This document shows, piece after piece, positions 1-9,389 of a stretch of DNA of 64,000 nt. Below the pieces are notes generated by a model. It worked only from the letters and a program-made list of their open reading frames with translations. It ran no database searches and had not been told where the DNA came from. Source of the stretch: a virus. The DNA is taken from the IMG/VR virus record IMGVR_UViG_3300027749_000055, positions 32,001 through 96,000 of that record. The stretch is one strand, 5' to 3'. The position numbers and the translations under genes are program-made. Position 1 is the first letter of the stretch; each line of letters begins with the position of its first letter.

Positions 1-3000
1 CTTGAACATCACCGCAGAGAGCGAATAGGCGTCCGTGTTGAGAACGTTTACCCATTGGAAGCGAGGACAAGCGTAAGAGGCGGAAACGGTGATATTTCCA
101 ACAGTCGGCGGAACGGTTCCAGTGGTAAAACGAACTGCCATTGTGGTTGCGCCCTGAGCCGTGGTGGTCGTGGTAATAACGTTAAACGTGCCATTAAAGG
201 TCAGCGGGGTTCCGGCTGAGATTGAGTGTGCCAGACCAATTGAGAAGTTGAGTTGTGCCGTTGAAGACGTTACGCCCGAAGTCGTGGCGGCGTAGGCAAG
301 AACGTAATTTTGCGGGGCGGTGGCGACCATAAACGCAGGACACCAACCCTGACCCCACACGTTTTTTGTGTCGGTCAAAACCGTCGCTGCGTCTTGAACA
401 GGGTTCAACTTGGTTCCCGCAGTGAAATTGTTGTGAACGTAAATATTTATGTTTGTCAAAGAAGCGGTGGCATTGGCGGACATAGTGATTGTCGTGCCAG
501 AAATCGAGGAAACCGTTGTGCCAGAGGGAATTCCAATTCCCGAAATCACCTGATTCACGGCGACGTTTGTAATGGGCGACACGTTGCTCAGTTGGTTGCT
601 ACCAGAGGTGATGTTTCCGGTAACAAGGGGCTTTGTCAGGCTTCGAGTGCCATTTGAAGTTGCAATTAAGTTGCCATAGGAGTCATACCAATCCACATAG
701 GGCGTAAACAACGGATAATCCGGCGTGGAAATACCAGCCGTGCTGGGCACACGGGTTCCCTCAATCATCTTCGAGAAGCCACCAAAACCGTAGGTGTTAC
801 CGGCATAAACCGGAACCGAGTTCGTAGCCGTCCAACCGTTCCACGACGCAGGGGCTAATGAAATCTCTGCGGTGAGCGGTGAAGCGTAGGTTCCTGATAG
901 CGAAGGGTCAATCGTGGCGGTGTTCTGTCCAAAAATTGGCGGGTTGGTAATAACAATTGGGCAGTAAGCGTCGTAGTTGAAGTTGGAGTAGAAGGGCGTA
1001 ACGGGAATACTCGTTGAACCGGCAGGAATTTTTTTAGCGGCGGGTGAGTAAAGAATTACATCAACCGTGCCAGAGAGCGTGAACGAGCCGGTAGAACCGT
1101 TGTAGCCCGTAGCGGCTTGCTGGCAAGAGTTACTCAGCGTCACCGTAAACGAGCCACCGCTCGACGCAGTATTAGAAACAACGTATGCGCCCGCAGGCAT
1201 ACCAACGCCTGAAATAATCCAACTTTGATAGGCGTTTGAGGCAACGCTGGTTGTAATCGTCGTCGTCGTTCCGTTGGCGGTTGCCTTGTTCGAAAGCGTG
1301 ATTGAGTTGTTGATGTTGTTGATGTAGGTAATGGTGGTGCTTGACGGAATACCCGTTCCCGAAACGTTCATTCCAATCGTCAAACCACCAAGCAGGCTGG
1401 CGGAAATATTAGAAACAGTGGTCGAACCATTCGTGGTATTTCCGGTGAACGACGAGGTTCCAAGCGGAATCGAGAGTGTCGTGTAGGGGTCGGACGGAAT
1501 TACCGCATTTTTATAGGTGGCGTAATACTGCGTCAGACCAACATAGAACGTCTGATAGGTCTTGTTGGAAACTTGTTTTTGCGGGGTAAACCACTGCCCC
1601 TGAGCCGTTGAACCACCAACAACTTTGTTCGTGGTGAACTGCAACTTGTCGTTCTTTCTAACGGTCTGACCCGCCCACTGACCTTGATTCAGAGACTTAT
1701 CAAAAATGACCTTCTTGCGAGAAGCGTGACGGGGTGCGGGAACGTAGTGAACCATATTGCCGACAGGAATTGCCGACATTTTTGTCCCAGGAATCGTATA
1801 CATTGGGCACGAAGTCGTGGGAACAACGGGAATGTTCCACGTTGAAACACCGCCCGCAAACTGCCCGCCGGAAAAATTTGAAGCAACTGTAAAAATGGCT
1901 GCGACAGTTCGGCTTGTGTCTTGTGTTCCGTCCGCCTTGAAGGGGTGTCCAAAAACTTTGAAAATGTCGCCCTTGCGCCAACCGTCATCGTAGAGACGAG
2001 TGGCATTGGGGGTAGCACTGTTCAAGGGTGATACTGAAATATTTGTGTTTGTAACCGTCACCTTTAGGTGAGTAATAACTTTGACCTTGCCGGTGTGCTG
2101 GTCGGTTCCGCAAGCGTGGTCTTGTGACAAGTATCCAATTCGAACATCGGCTCCACCGGACGTAGTAGCACCCACAACGCTAATGATTTTTGCAGGTTCG
2201 GCTGATTGCGCCGAGGTCGGGGCGGTTTGCGTTGCCTTGGGCTGTATGAAAGTAACCGCTTGGCTGCTTCCGGCAGAGTTGAAGGTGTAATAACTCTTAG
2301 CCGCCGGAACCGTCCACGTCGAGTATTGAATTTGACAGTCGAGGCTTTGACCACTGCCAACGGGCAGGCTGTCGTTTGGGTCGTCAATGAGGACGTAATT
2401 CTTGTGCTGGTCGTTGCCTTCAACAATATTGTAAGAGTTAGTGACTGACTTGGAGTAAGTTCCGCCCGTTGCCGGTTCAACAATTTTCCAAACCGCCGTG
2501 CCGAGAACGGTGGTGTCGTAAGTAAATGACAAAATTCCATTACTGCCGGTGTAAATGGGTTGTTGCAGACCATAAACAATTTGCGACCATTTGGAGTGCG
2601 TCAGACCCGTGCCGCCCGTGCCCGTTGAGTAGTTGTAGTTGCGGAGAATAATTTTGAACGTGTCCGCCTTAGTTTTGGAACCGTCCGAGAGGTTTTTCAC
2701 TAAGATTTGCTCGGCGTTGGTTCCGTCGGCATTTTGGACAGTTACCCAAAATGGCGGGCTGGTCGGGCTGGTTGAGCCAATCGGAAATCCCGTTGCTTTG
2801 ACGGTTGCACCATTGAGGCTCGACACGGAGAACGTGCCGGTTCCGGTGGTGGTAGAAAGCGCACCCACCGTAGAGACGTATCCAGAAGCACCTACGGGAA
2901 TTGAACTAATCAACTGACCTTTGGTGAACGAACTGCTTGAGTTGGTGGCGGTCTTGCCAAAATAAAGCGACGTTCCGGCGGTGTCGTTAGTTCCCTTGTG

Positions 3001-6000
3001 CCAACCACCCACGCTGGAACCAAAGTCGGCGTTGTTGTCGCCCAAAAGGTTGTCCGACACTTGAATCGCCAAGTGATTGACTGCGTTGGTGTTGTCTGTG
3101 AAAGCGGTCACAAGCGGTTGCTGTGGCTGAGTTACGAGCGTGGCAAAATACGCCGAGTTCCAATCACTCCACCACGCCTTCTGGTGGAAATCTTTGGAGA
3201 CACGAACAAAAACCCAATAAAACTCGCCGCTAATGAACCGCTTTGTTCCGGTAAAACCGTCTGAAGTCAAGAAAACCGACGAAGCGTCGTTGTTGGCGGA
3301 CTTTTTCCAAATTGGCGTTGAAGAGTTGGGGTCGAAAGCGGAGTTCTGATAAGTGAAATCGTCAAAGACTCGAACGTCCCAGCCGGTCTGTGGGTCGTTT
3401 TCAACGTCGGAGTAAGTCCACCCAATGTAGGGGTTGGTACTGTCGGATATTTCCAAAATATCCGAAGGCGAGAGGTAAATACCGGCAACTGACGGGCCGC
3501 CTCGGAACGTAATCTGCATTGCGATTGCTCGGAGAGCAACGCTGGTGGACTGAGGAACAACAACCCGTGCGTTGAGCAAAACGTTTTGCAAAGAACTTGC
3601 CGACCATTCGTTACCGTTGGGGTCGGTCGGGCGAACATTACCGACGTTCACCGTGTAACTAGCGGGCGAGTTGTTCGAGAAACTGTCGGCAGTTCCCACC
3701 GCACCCGTCACGGGGTCTACAAGGGTGAAAATTTCTTTGTCTTTGTAGGACGAAGAAACTGCGCCAAGGACTGAGTAGACATTTTGAACGTTGTGGACAC
3801 GGGCATAACTCCACCCGTTGCCGTCAAAGATGTAGAAACTGTCCAAATCGGGGCGGTAGGTAACGTCGCCAATGGCGGGATTTGTGGGGAACTCATACCA
3901 TTCGAGGGTTGCGCCTGCGCTGTGGTTGTAAACCGTCGGGAAGGCAATTGGAAGGGCAAACGGCGGGGTTCCGGCGGTGATGTTCGAGGTGGAATACGGC
4001 AGAGCCGTGGGGTAGACGGTTTCTTGCACTGCGCCAGAATCCAAAACCAAGGGGTAGAGGTATTGAATTTGCGCCGTGTTGTCGTAGGGGTAGTTCGGGT
4101 TGAACGGCTTTACGGAGAATGATGTAGACGTTTCAGGCGTGTAAGCGGTGACGGTCAATGTTTGGGTCGTGGTTCCATCACCGGAAGTAAGCAAAACAAC
4201 GTCATTTTGATTGAGCGGAATGTTCAACCCGACGGTGATAATGGTGTTGTAGTTGGTAATTACACCATTTGAGCCAATTACCGCAGGGAAATTGTGCGGA
4301 GGCTTAAAATATTGAATTGGAATTGTGGTTGAACCAGCGGGGGTGTCCTGCGCCACCGTAACAACTGCCGAGGCGGTTCCGTAAACGAGGTAAAGGTTCA
4401 AGCCATTTGTCAAAGCAATCGGCGTAGGTGTTGTCGTCAATGACGTAATGGGGTTTCCAATAACCACATTGACCGTGGGGTAAAAGTAGGGGACGGATAT
4501 TGAAGTAATGGTGCTGGATACGTCCATAACCGCCGTCGAAACGGGCGACAAATCGGGGTAGGTATTTGTTGTGGGCGAAGTCAGTGTAAAAACGTATGAC
4601 GAAGTATTGTTCAAAATCGAGGAACACGTCAGCGTGTCTCCGTTGATAACGATTTGGAAGTTTGACGTTCCCGACAGGGCGATTGGTTGCTGAAAGCCAG
4701 AGGTGACGTTGATTGAAATTTGCGTTGAGCCGACGGGGGTGTTCCCAACCACCCGACCCAAAGAGCCAATGGATAGTCCGATGGGGGTCTTTGTGGTGTC
4801 GTCATTTTGATTGTAAACCGAGGAATAAGCAGTGGGGAAGTCGTTTGCGTCGTCAATGGTGATAGAGCCGGAGCCAACGGTTGCCGAGTAAGTCAGCGTG
4901 GTGTTGATGTTGGGCTGACCGCTTACGCCAGACTGATACCAAGGCTGAGTGAAATTCATAGACGCATTTGTGGTGAGTGTCGTTTGACCACTTGGGTTTG
5001 AGGCGACAAGTGCGCCAGCGGTTAATACGCCGTTGTTGGCAACGGTTCCATTGTCTGCTCCACTGAGAACGGGGGCATTCTTGCCGTGGTTGTTGGCAAA
5101 ACTGCCAATAACGTTTGGAATGGTAACAGTTTCACCCGCACTGTGATTGTATTGAAACGACTGCCCTTCGGCAAGCGACCAAATTACCGCCCCAGCGTTG
5201 GCTTGTGTAATGTCGCTACCGTCGATTGTTGAATACGAGCCACTAATTACAACGGCTTCTTGCGTTTCGCCGTCGCCAACAATGACGACGTTGTTGGCGT
5301 TGCCGTAGGTCAAGTTTATGAAATTGGTAATGGGTGCAACGGGGCTTCCCGAACGTGCAGGCTTGTAAGAACTGCCCGAAGTCAGTCCGCCGTTTACAAT
5401 TAACGCTTGCGAGGACTGAGAAACAATGTCGGAAAAAAGAGTTCCGCTAACGTATGAGCCGAGGAAGGCGGGGGCGACTGTTTCAATGTCTCCCGTCGTG
5501 CTACTGCCAAAATAACGATTGCCGGAAAGCCAACTGCCGACGGCGGTTCCCGCAACGTGCTTCTTGGCGATGGCGTCCACATACACACAACCAGAACCCG
5601 TATTTTGATATCCGGTGTTCGTAATCATTGAGCCGTCGGAATAACCAGCGGAGTTGTATGCAAAAAACGAATTTTTGGCGTAGTCGCCGTTGGTGTAGGG
5701 GGTGGTAGCCAAGGTGTAAGCGGGGCTTCCCGTGTTAGCGACAAAATACGGTTGAGCAACGTTTACAACGCCGCCACTGACGTAAACGTCCGTCTCCGTG
5801 CTACTGACGGTAAAGGTGTTTGAGGTTGTTCCCGTGATATTTACACCGACCAAGTTCAACGTCGTTGGGATAATGCCGGAAATGGTGACGGTCTGAAGCG
5901 TTGCAAGATTGTGCGTTGCGGAGGTCGTGTAAGTAACGGCAGAACCCGTGGTCGAAACTCCAATAATTGTCCACGACTGCGATTTTGTTGTGACCGTGTA

Positions 6001-9000
6001 TAGAGCGTTGCGGAAGAGGTAGGTAGAGTTAATGTTTATATTTGCGGTGGAATCAACAAAGAACGTTGAGGTTCCGGTCTGTAATGACGTTGATTGAACC
6101 AACGTCGCCGCAGGAGTTTTTGCAAAGTTGGTCAAAGACAACGTGACTTTGCCATAGGGTGCAGTAACAGAACCAACGTCCTGTGCCCGCCACGGGAAGG
6201 TTCGGAACTGACCATAAAAAGATGATTCGCCAATCTGCGAGCCGTCCAGAGTGCAAAAAGGATAAACCAACGAAGGCGTGAAGGTCGAAGACGAAACAAG
6301 CAACCAATTGCCGGAAACCGTGGTGCTTCCGCCGTTGGTGTCTATGGTTGAACTGCCGTCGGCAATATTGACAGCCACATTGGAAGAAAGCGTCCCCGTG
6401 AAGGCGTTGGAGATAGTGAAATAACTTGTGTCCGCCAAATATGCCGATACAGAGCCGCCCGTTGAAAGGTGTGAACTACCGTCGGTGGCGAGGCTCCACG
6501 TTCCCGTCAGCGTTCCACCAGACGGGTTGGTTGCACGGGTAATGGTGAACTGCGTAGAGGTGGCAGAAACAACCTTTTCGCCGGTGGCCACGTTGAAGTT
6601 GGTGGTTCCCGTGACCGTGATGTAGTCGCCCGCTTGCAGGTTGTTGCCTGCGGTATAAGTCCAAGTGTATAGGCCTCCACCAGCCGCCGAAGAAGAAACG
6701 GTAGTGATAGAACCGTAGGCGGTTTTGGAAATGTTGAATGACGTGGACGAGGGAACGCTTGAAATCGTGTAAGTGCCGTTGATGTAATTTCCACCCGACA
6801 ACGTAACTTGTTGCCCAACAACAAAGGGGTGCGCCGACGAGGTGGCAACCAAGCACCACGCTTCGTTGTAAGGGGAAGAATTAGTTACGATTGACGTAAC
6901 TGCATATGAAGGTAAGGAGACACCCGCACTGCCAACGCTGGGGATTCCGGTAACGGTGGTGCTGGTGGGGATTCCACTGCCCGTAATCGTTGTACCAATG
7001 CTCGGTGAGTATGAACCGCTAGTCAAAGACATTGGGTTCTGAGTAGAAACCGTCGAACCCGTAATCAACTTGTTTTGTAACGAAGAAGGGGTGGTAATCG
7101 AAAAGGCTTGGCCAGGGCTGGCGTAGGTATATGAACCTTGTGCGCCCGTGTTGATGTAAATTGCGTTGTTGGCAGCGTCCACGCCTACAACCGTGGACGC
7201 TGCAAGGTATCCGCCAATTACCCCAAACGCCATTCCGACTTGGATACCCACTGTGCTATTTACAATCAAACGGGTAACGGCATTTATCATAATTCCAACC
7301 GCCCCAACGCTGGTGGTGGTGCTAGTGCTGGAAAATGTAAGAGTGGTGGAACTATTGACGGTTACAACGGTGTAAAAACCCGTGTATGCCGAAATGTTCG
7401 CAAACGAAATCAAGTCGCCAACCGAACGTCCGTGGGCGGTTCCCGTTACCAAAACGGCATAATAGTTAGTAGGTGAACCAGCGGCTGTAATCGAGGTTAC
7501 GGTGTGTAAGGTAGAGGCATACGAGGCTGTGATATATCCGGTAATGGTCGGGTTTTGAAATTGCGTTGTAAACGTTGCACCAGAAATGGGTGCGGAAATC
7601 GCTTGACCAATTAAGGTTCCACCAGCGTTGGTGGGGTCGTAGAGATTATCTCCGCTAAGAACCGACGGGCTGGGAATTGGGGTGTTGATGTATCCCGTGT
7701 TGTCGAGGTAGTCAAAGAGGATAAAACTCTTTGGGCTTCCAATGGTTGCACCGGCAATTTCGTGATATTGAGCGGTTGCGCTGATACTTGCACCCGACAT
7801 TGCGCCATAAATGGAAACAATGTAAGCGGTTCCGCCACCGTTGGACGTTCCCGTTGTCGAATTGGTGACGGTGAACTGCGAACTGTCTGCGTATGCGATA
7901 GTCGCATTAGAGAGGTTGAGCGAGGGCGTATCGGTAAGACCAATAATCGTGACCGCCTGACCCGCCACAAAAGAGTTGGGTGCGGTGTAGGTGACTGTCG
8001 TTCCATTACCCACAGCCGACGAAATCAAAGCGGTGGTAGAAACCGACACGCTTACATAGTCGGTTGAAGAAACCGTCGTGGAATAGTTGTAGGAACTAGG
8101 CGTTGCGCCAGAAATCGTAATGGGCGTTCCAACGGGCTTTTGAAGGTAACTGTCGTTCCACCCAATTTGGAAATATCCCAAAGTGGCAACTCCCGTTTGC
8201 CCCGTCAAAGTGCCGGAAGCATTGGAACTAACGGTAAATTGCGTCGAGGTTGCGGTGGCAACCGGAACGTTCGTCAGGTTAAACGCCGAGTTCGTTAGCC
8301 CTAAAACGGTAACTACGTCGCCCACGGAAAAGTTGTTGCTTGCGGTATAGGTGACTGTCGAAATACCATCACCACTTGCGCCCGTGATTTGAGCGGCATT
8401 TTTCACTGTAGAAAAATTACTTGACGTGGTGGCGTTGGTGCTGGTGTTTGACTGAGTGTCCTGCAAGGTTAAATAACCTGCCGACACCGCTGTAATTACA
8501 CCAAGGTAATTCGAGTAAGAGTCTGTAAGCGTTTGCCCAACAACAAAGTTGAGTCCGTCGTTGTTTGGAAGAAAAACAACGTTATTGGGAATTGTTACTG
8601 TTACGGTTCCCGCACCCGTGGTGGGGGCAGAAATGGTAATTTGCTTTGACGAACCAATTGAAACAATGGTTGCACCGGACGGAATGTTTGTTCCTGATAC
8701 CGACATACCTACGGCAAGGTTGGCGGTTGAAGAAACGTTGGTCAAAACTGCAGTCGAACCGTCCGTGGTTGCAGTCAGCGTCCACGGCAAGTTGGTGTAA
8801 TAACCAGATGAGAGCGTGTAGTCGGAGAAAAGGCGACGCATAACGGCTTGCGGAACGTCTGGTGGAGTAGAAAAATTCATTGTGATTGGGGTTCCGCCAC
8901 CAATGGTGTCGGGGTATGGAACCGCAGTCCACGTTGGAACGTTTGTGGTGGGAATCAAACCAACCGATTGAATGTTGGCTTGCTCACTGTAAAAATTGTC

Positions 9001-9351
9001 CGTTGAGGTATTACCACCATAACCTTCGATAACGGCAAGATTTTGACCCTTTTGGAAACCAGCAACCTCATCTATGAAAAGCCACGATTGGTCAGCACCC
9101 TTGGGAAAGTCGTTTGCGTAAATCGCACTGCCGATAAGGGTGCTATTAGTTGTTGTGGAAAAGCCGGTGAAAAAACGAGTAATGTCCTCAACCTGAATAG
9201 AACTGTAAAGCGAAATGCTATCCAAAATGTTGCCAGCGGCAACTTTGGTCAGGGTTGAAAGTGCTGAGGCTGCGTCGGACGTTTGCGGAACAGACCACCC
9301 TTGGTCGGTCTGGGCATTGGCGTAATTGGGGGCTGCAGTCAGAATCCTCAT
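1..9351 (-). CDS. Giant Thr/Ser-rich tail/baseplate-associated structural protein (>=3117 aa, partial, runs off window start)
   Basis: ATG at 9351 (MRILTAAPNYANAQTDQGW...). The same frame still reads as protein at the window edge (...FQWVNVLNTDAYSLSAVMFK). No ORF of the supplied track lies in this frame, consistent with one uninterrupted ORF with no stop inside the window. Directly follows the tape measure gene; contains repeated beta-rich modules (TVTYTA.N.F.(V/A)G..VT(I/V).G; VGMSVSGTNIPSGATIVSI). Confidence 0.85.
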   Translation of the reverse strand, partial: MRILTAAPNYANAQTDQGWSVPQTSDAASALSTLTKVAAGNILDSISLYSSIQVEDITRFFTGFSTTTNSTLIGSAIYANDFPKGADQSWLFIDEVAGFQKGQNLAVIEGYGGNTSTDNFYSEQANIQSVGLIPTTNVPTWTAVPYPDTIGGGTPITMNFSTPPDVPQAVMRRLFSDYTLSSGYYTNLPWTLTATTDGSTAVLTNVSSTANLAVGMSVSGTNIPSGATIVSIGSSKQITISAPTTGAGTVTVTIPNNVVFLPNNDGLNFVVGQTLTDSYSNYLGVITAVSAGYLTLQDTQSNTSTNATTSSNFSTVKNAAQITGASGDGISTVTYTASNNFSVGDVVTVLGLTNSAFNLTNVPVATATSTQFTVSSNASGTLTGQTGVATLGYFQIGWNDSYLQKPVGTPITISGATPSSYNYSTTVSSTDYVSVSVSTTALISSAVGNGTTVTYTAPNSFVAGQAVTIIGLTDTPSLNLSNATIAYADSSQFTVTNSTTGTSNGGGTAYIVSIYGAMSGASISATAQYHEIAGATIGSPKSFILFDYLDNTGYINTPIPSPSVLSGDNLYDPTNAGGTLIGQAISAPISGATFTTQFQNPTITGYITASYASTLHTVTSITAAGSPTNYYAVLVTGTAHGRSVGDLISFANISAYTGFYTVVTVNSSTTLTFSSTSTTTSVGAVGIMINAVTRLIVNSTVGIQVGMAFGVIGGYLAASTVVGVDAANNAIYINTGAQGSYTYASPGQAFSITTPSSLQNKLITGSTVSTQNPMSLTSGSYSPSIGTTITGSGIPTSTTVTGIPSVGSAGVSLPSYAVTSIVTNSSPYNEAWCLVATSSAHPFVVGQQVTLSGGNYINGTYTISSVPSSTSFNISKTAYGSITTVSSSAAGGGLYTWTYTAGNNLQAGDYITVTGTTNFNVATGEKVVSATSTQFTITRATNPSGGTLTGTWSLATDGSSHLSTGGSVSAYLADTSYFTISNAFTGTLSSNVAVNIADGSSTIDTNGGSTTVSGNWLLVSSSTFTPSLVYPFCTLDGSQIGESSFYGQFRTFPWRAQDVGSVTAPYGKVTLSLTNFAKTPAATLVQSTSLQTGTSTFFVDSTANININSTYLFRNALYTVTTKSQSWTIIGVSTTGSAVTYTTSATHNLATLQTVTISGIIPTTLNLVGVNITGTTSNTFTVSSTETDVYVSGGVVNVAQPYFVANTGSPAYTLATTPYTNGDYAKNSFFAYNSAGYSDGSMITNTGYQNTGSGCVYVDAIAKKHVAGTAVGSWLSGNRYFGSSTTGDIETVAPAFLGSYVSGTLFSDIVSQSSQALIVNGGLTSGSSYKPARSGSPVAPITNFINLTYGNANNVVIVGDGETQEAVVISGSYSTIDGSDITQANAGAVIWSLAEGQSFQYNHSAGETVTIPNVIGSFANNHGKNAPVLSGADNGTVANNGVLTAGALVASNPSGQTTLTTNASMNFTQPWYQSGVSGQPNINTTLTYSATVGSGSITIDDANDFPTAYSSVYNQNDDTTKTPIGLSIGSLGRVVGNTPVGSTQISINVTSGFQQPIALSGTSNFQIVINGDTLTCSSILNNTSSYVFTLTSPTTNTYPDLSPVSTAVMDVSSTITSISVPYFYPTVNVVIGNPITSLTTTPTPIALTNGLNLYLVYGTASAVVTVAQDTPAGSTTIPIQYFKPPHNFPAVIGSNGVITNYNTIITVGLNIPLNQNDVVLLTSGDGTTTQTLTVTAYTPETSTSFSVKPFNPNYPYDNTAQIQYLYPLVLDSGAVQETVYPTALPYSTSNITAGTPPFALPIAFPTVYNHSAGATLEWYEFPTNPAIGDVTYRPDLDSFYIFDGNGWSYARVHNVQNVYSVLGAVSSSYKDKEIFTLVDPVTGAVGTADSFSNNSPASYTVNVGNVRPTDPNGNEWSASSLQNVLLNARVVVPQSTSVALRAIAMQITFRGGPSVAGIYLSPSDILEISDSTNPYIGWTYSDVENDPQTGWDVRVFDDFTYQNSAFDPNSSTPIWKKSANNDASSVFLTSDGFTGTKRFISGEFYWVFVRVSKDFHQKAWWSDWNSAYFATLVTQPQQPLVTAFTDNTNAVNHLAIQVSDNLLGDNNADFGSSVGGWHKGTNDTAGTSLYFGKTATNSSSSFTKGQLISSIPVGASGYVSTVGALSTTTGTGTFSVSSLNGATVKATGFPIGSTSPTSPPFWVTVQNADGTNAEQILVKNLSDGSKTKADTFKIILRNYNYSTGTGGTGLTHSKWSQIVYGLQQPIYTGSNGILSFTYDTTVLGTAVWKIVEPATGGTYSKSVTNSYNIVEGNDQHKNYVLIDDPNDSLPVGSGQSLDCQIQYSTWTVPAAKSYYTFNSAGSSQAVTFIQPKATQTAPTSAQSAEPAKIISVVGATTSGGADVRIGYLSQDHACGTDQHTGKVKVITHLKVTVTNTNISVSPLNSATPNATRLYDDGWRKGDIFKVFGHPFKADGTQDTSRTVAAIFTVASNFSGGQFAGGVSTWNIPVVPTTSCPMYTIPGTKMSAIPVGNMVHYVPAPRHASRKKVIFDKSLNQGQWAGQTVRKNDKLQFTTNKVVGGSTAQGQWFTPQKQVSNKTYQTFYVGLTQYYATYKNAVIPSDPYTTLSIPLGTSSFTGNTTNGSTTVSNISASLLGGLTIGMNVSGTGIPSSTTITYINNINNSITLSNKATANGTTTTITTSVASNAYQSWIISGVGMPAGAYVVSNTASSGGSFTVTLSNSCQQAATGYNGSTGSFTLSGTVDVILYSPAAKKIPAGSTSIPVTPFYSNFNYDAYCPIVITNPPIFGQNTATIDPSLSGTYASPLTAEISLAPASWNGWTATNSVPVYAGNTYGFGGFSKMIEGTRVPSTAGISTPDYPLFTPYVDWYDSYGNLIATSNGTRSLTKPLVTGNITSGSNQLSNVSPITNVAVNQVISGIGIPSGTTVSSISGTTITMSANATASLTNINIYVHNNFTAGTKLNPVQDAATVLTDTKNVWGQGWCPAFMVATAPQNYVLAYAATTSGVTSSTAQLNFSIGLAHSISAGTPLTFNGTFNVITTTTTAQGATTMAVRFTTGTVPPTVGNITVSASYACPRFQWVNVLNTDAYSLSAVMFK

Positions 9352-9389
9352 AGTCGGCTCTCTACCACTCTACTCCGCCTTTGGAAAAA

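Noticed and set aside
1-9351. Lack of long ORFs in the track suggesting stop-codon reassignment or decayed DNA
   Set aside because: Explained by one ORF running off the window edge; all other genes end at standard TAA/TAG/TGA.
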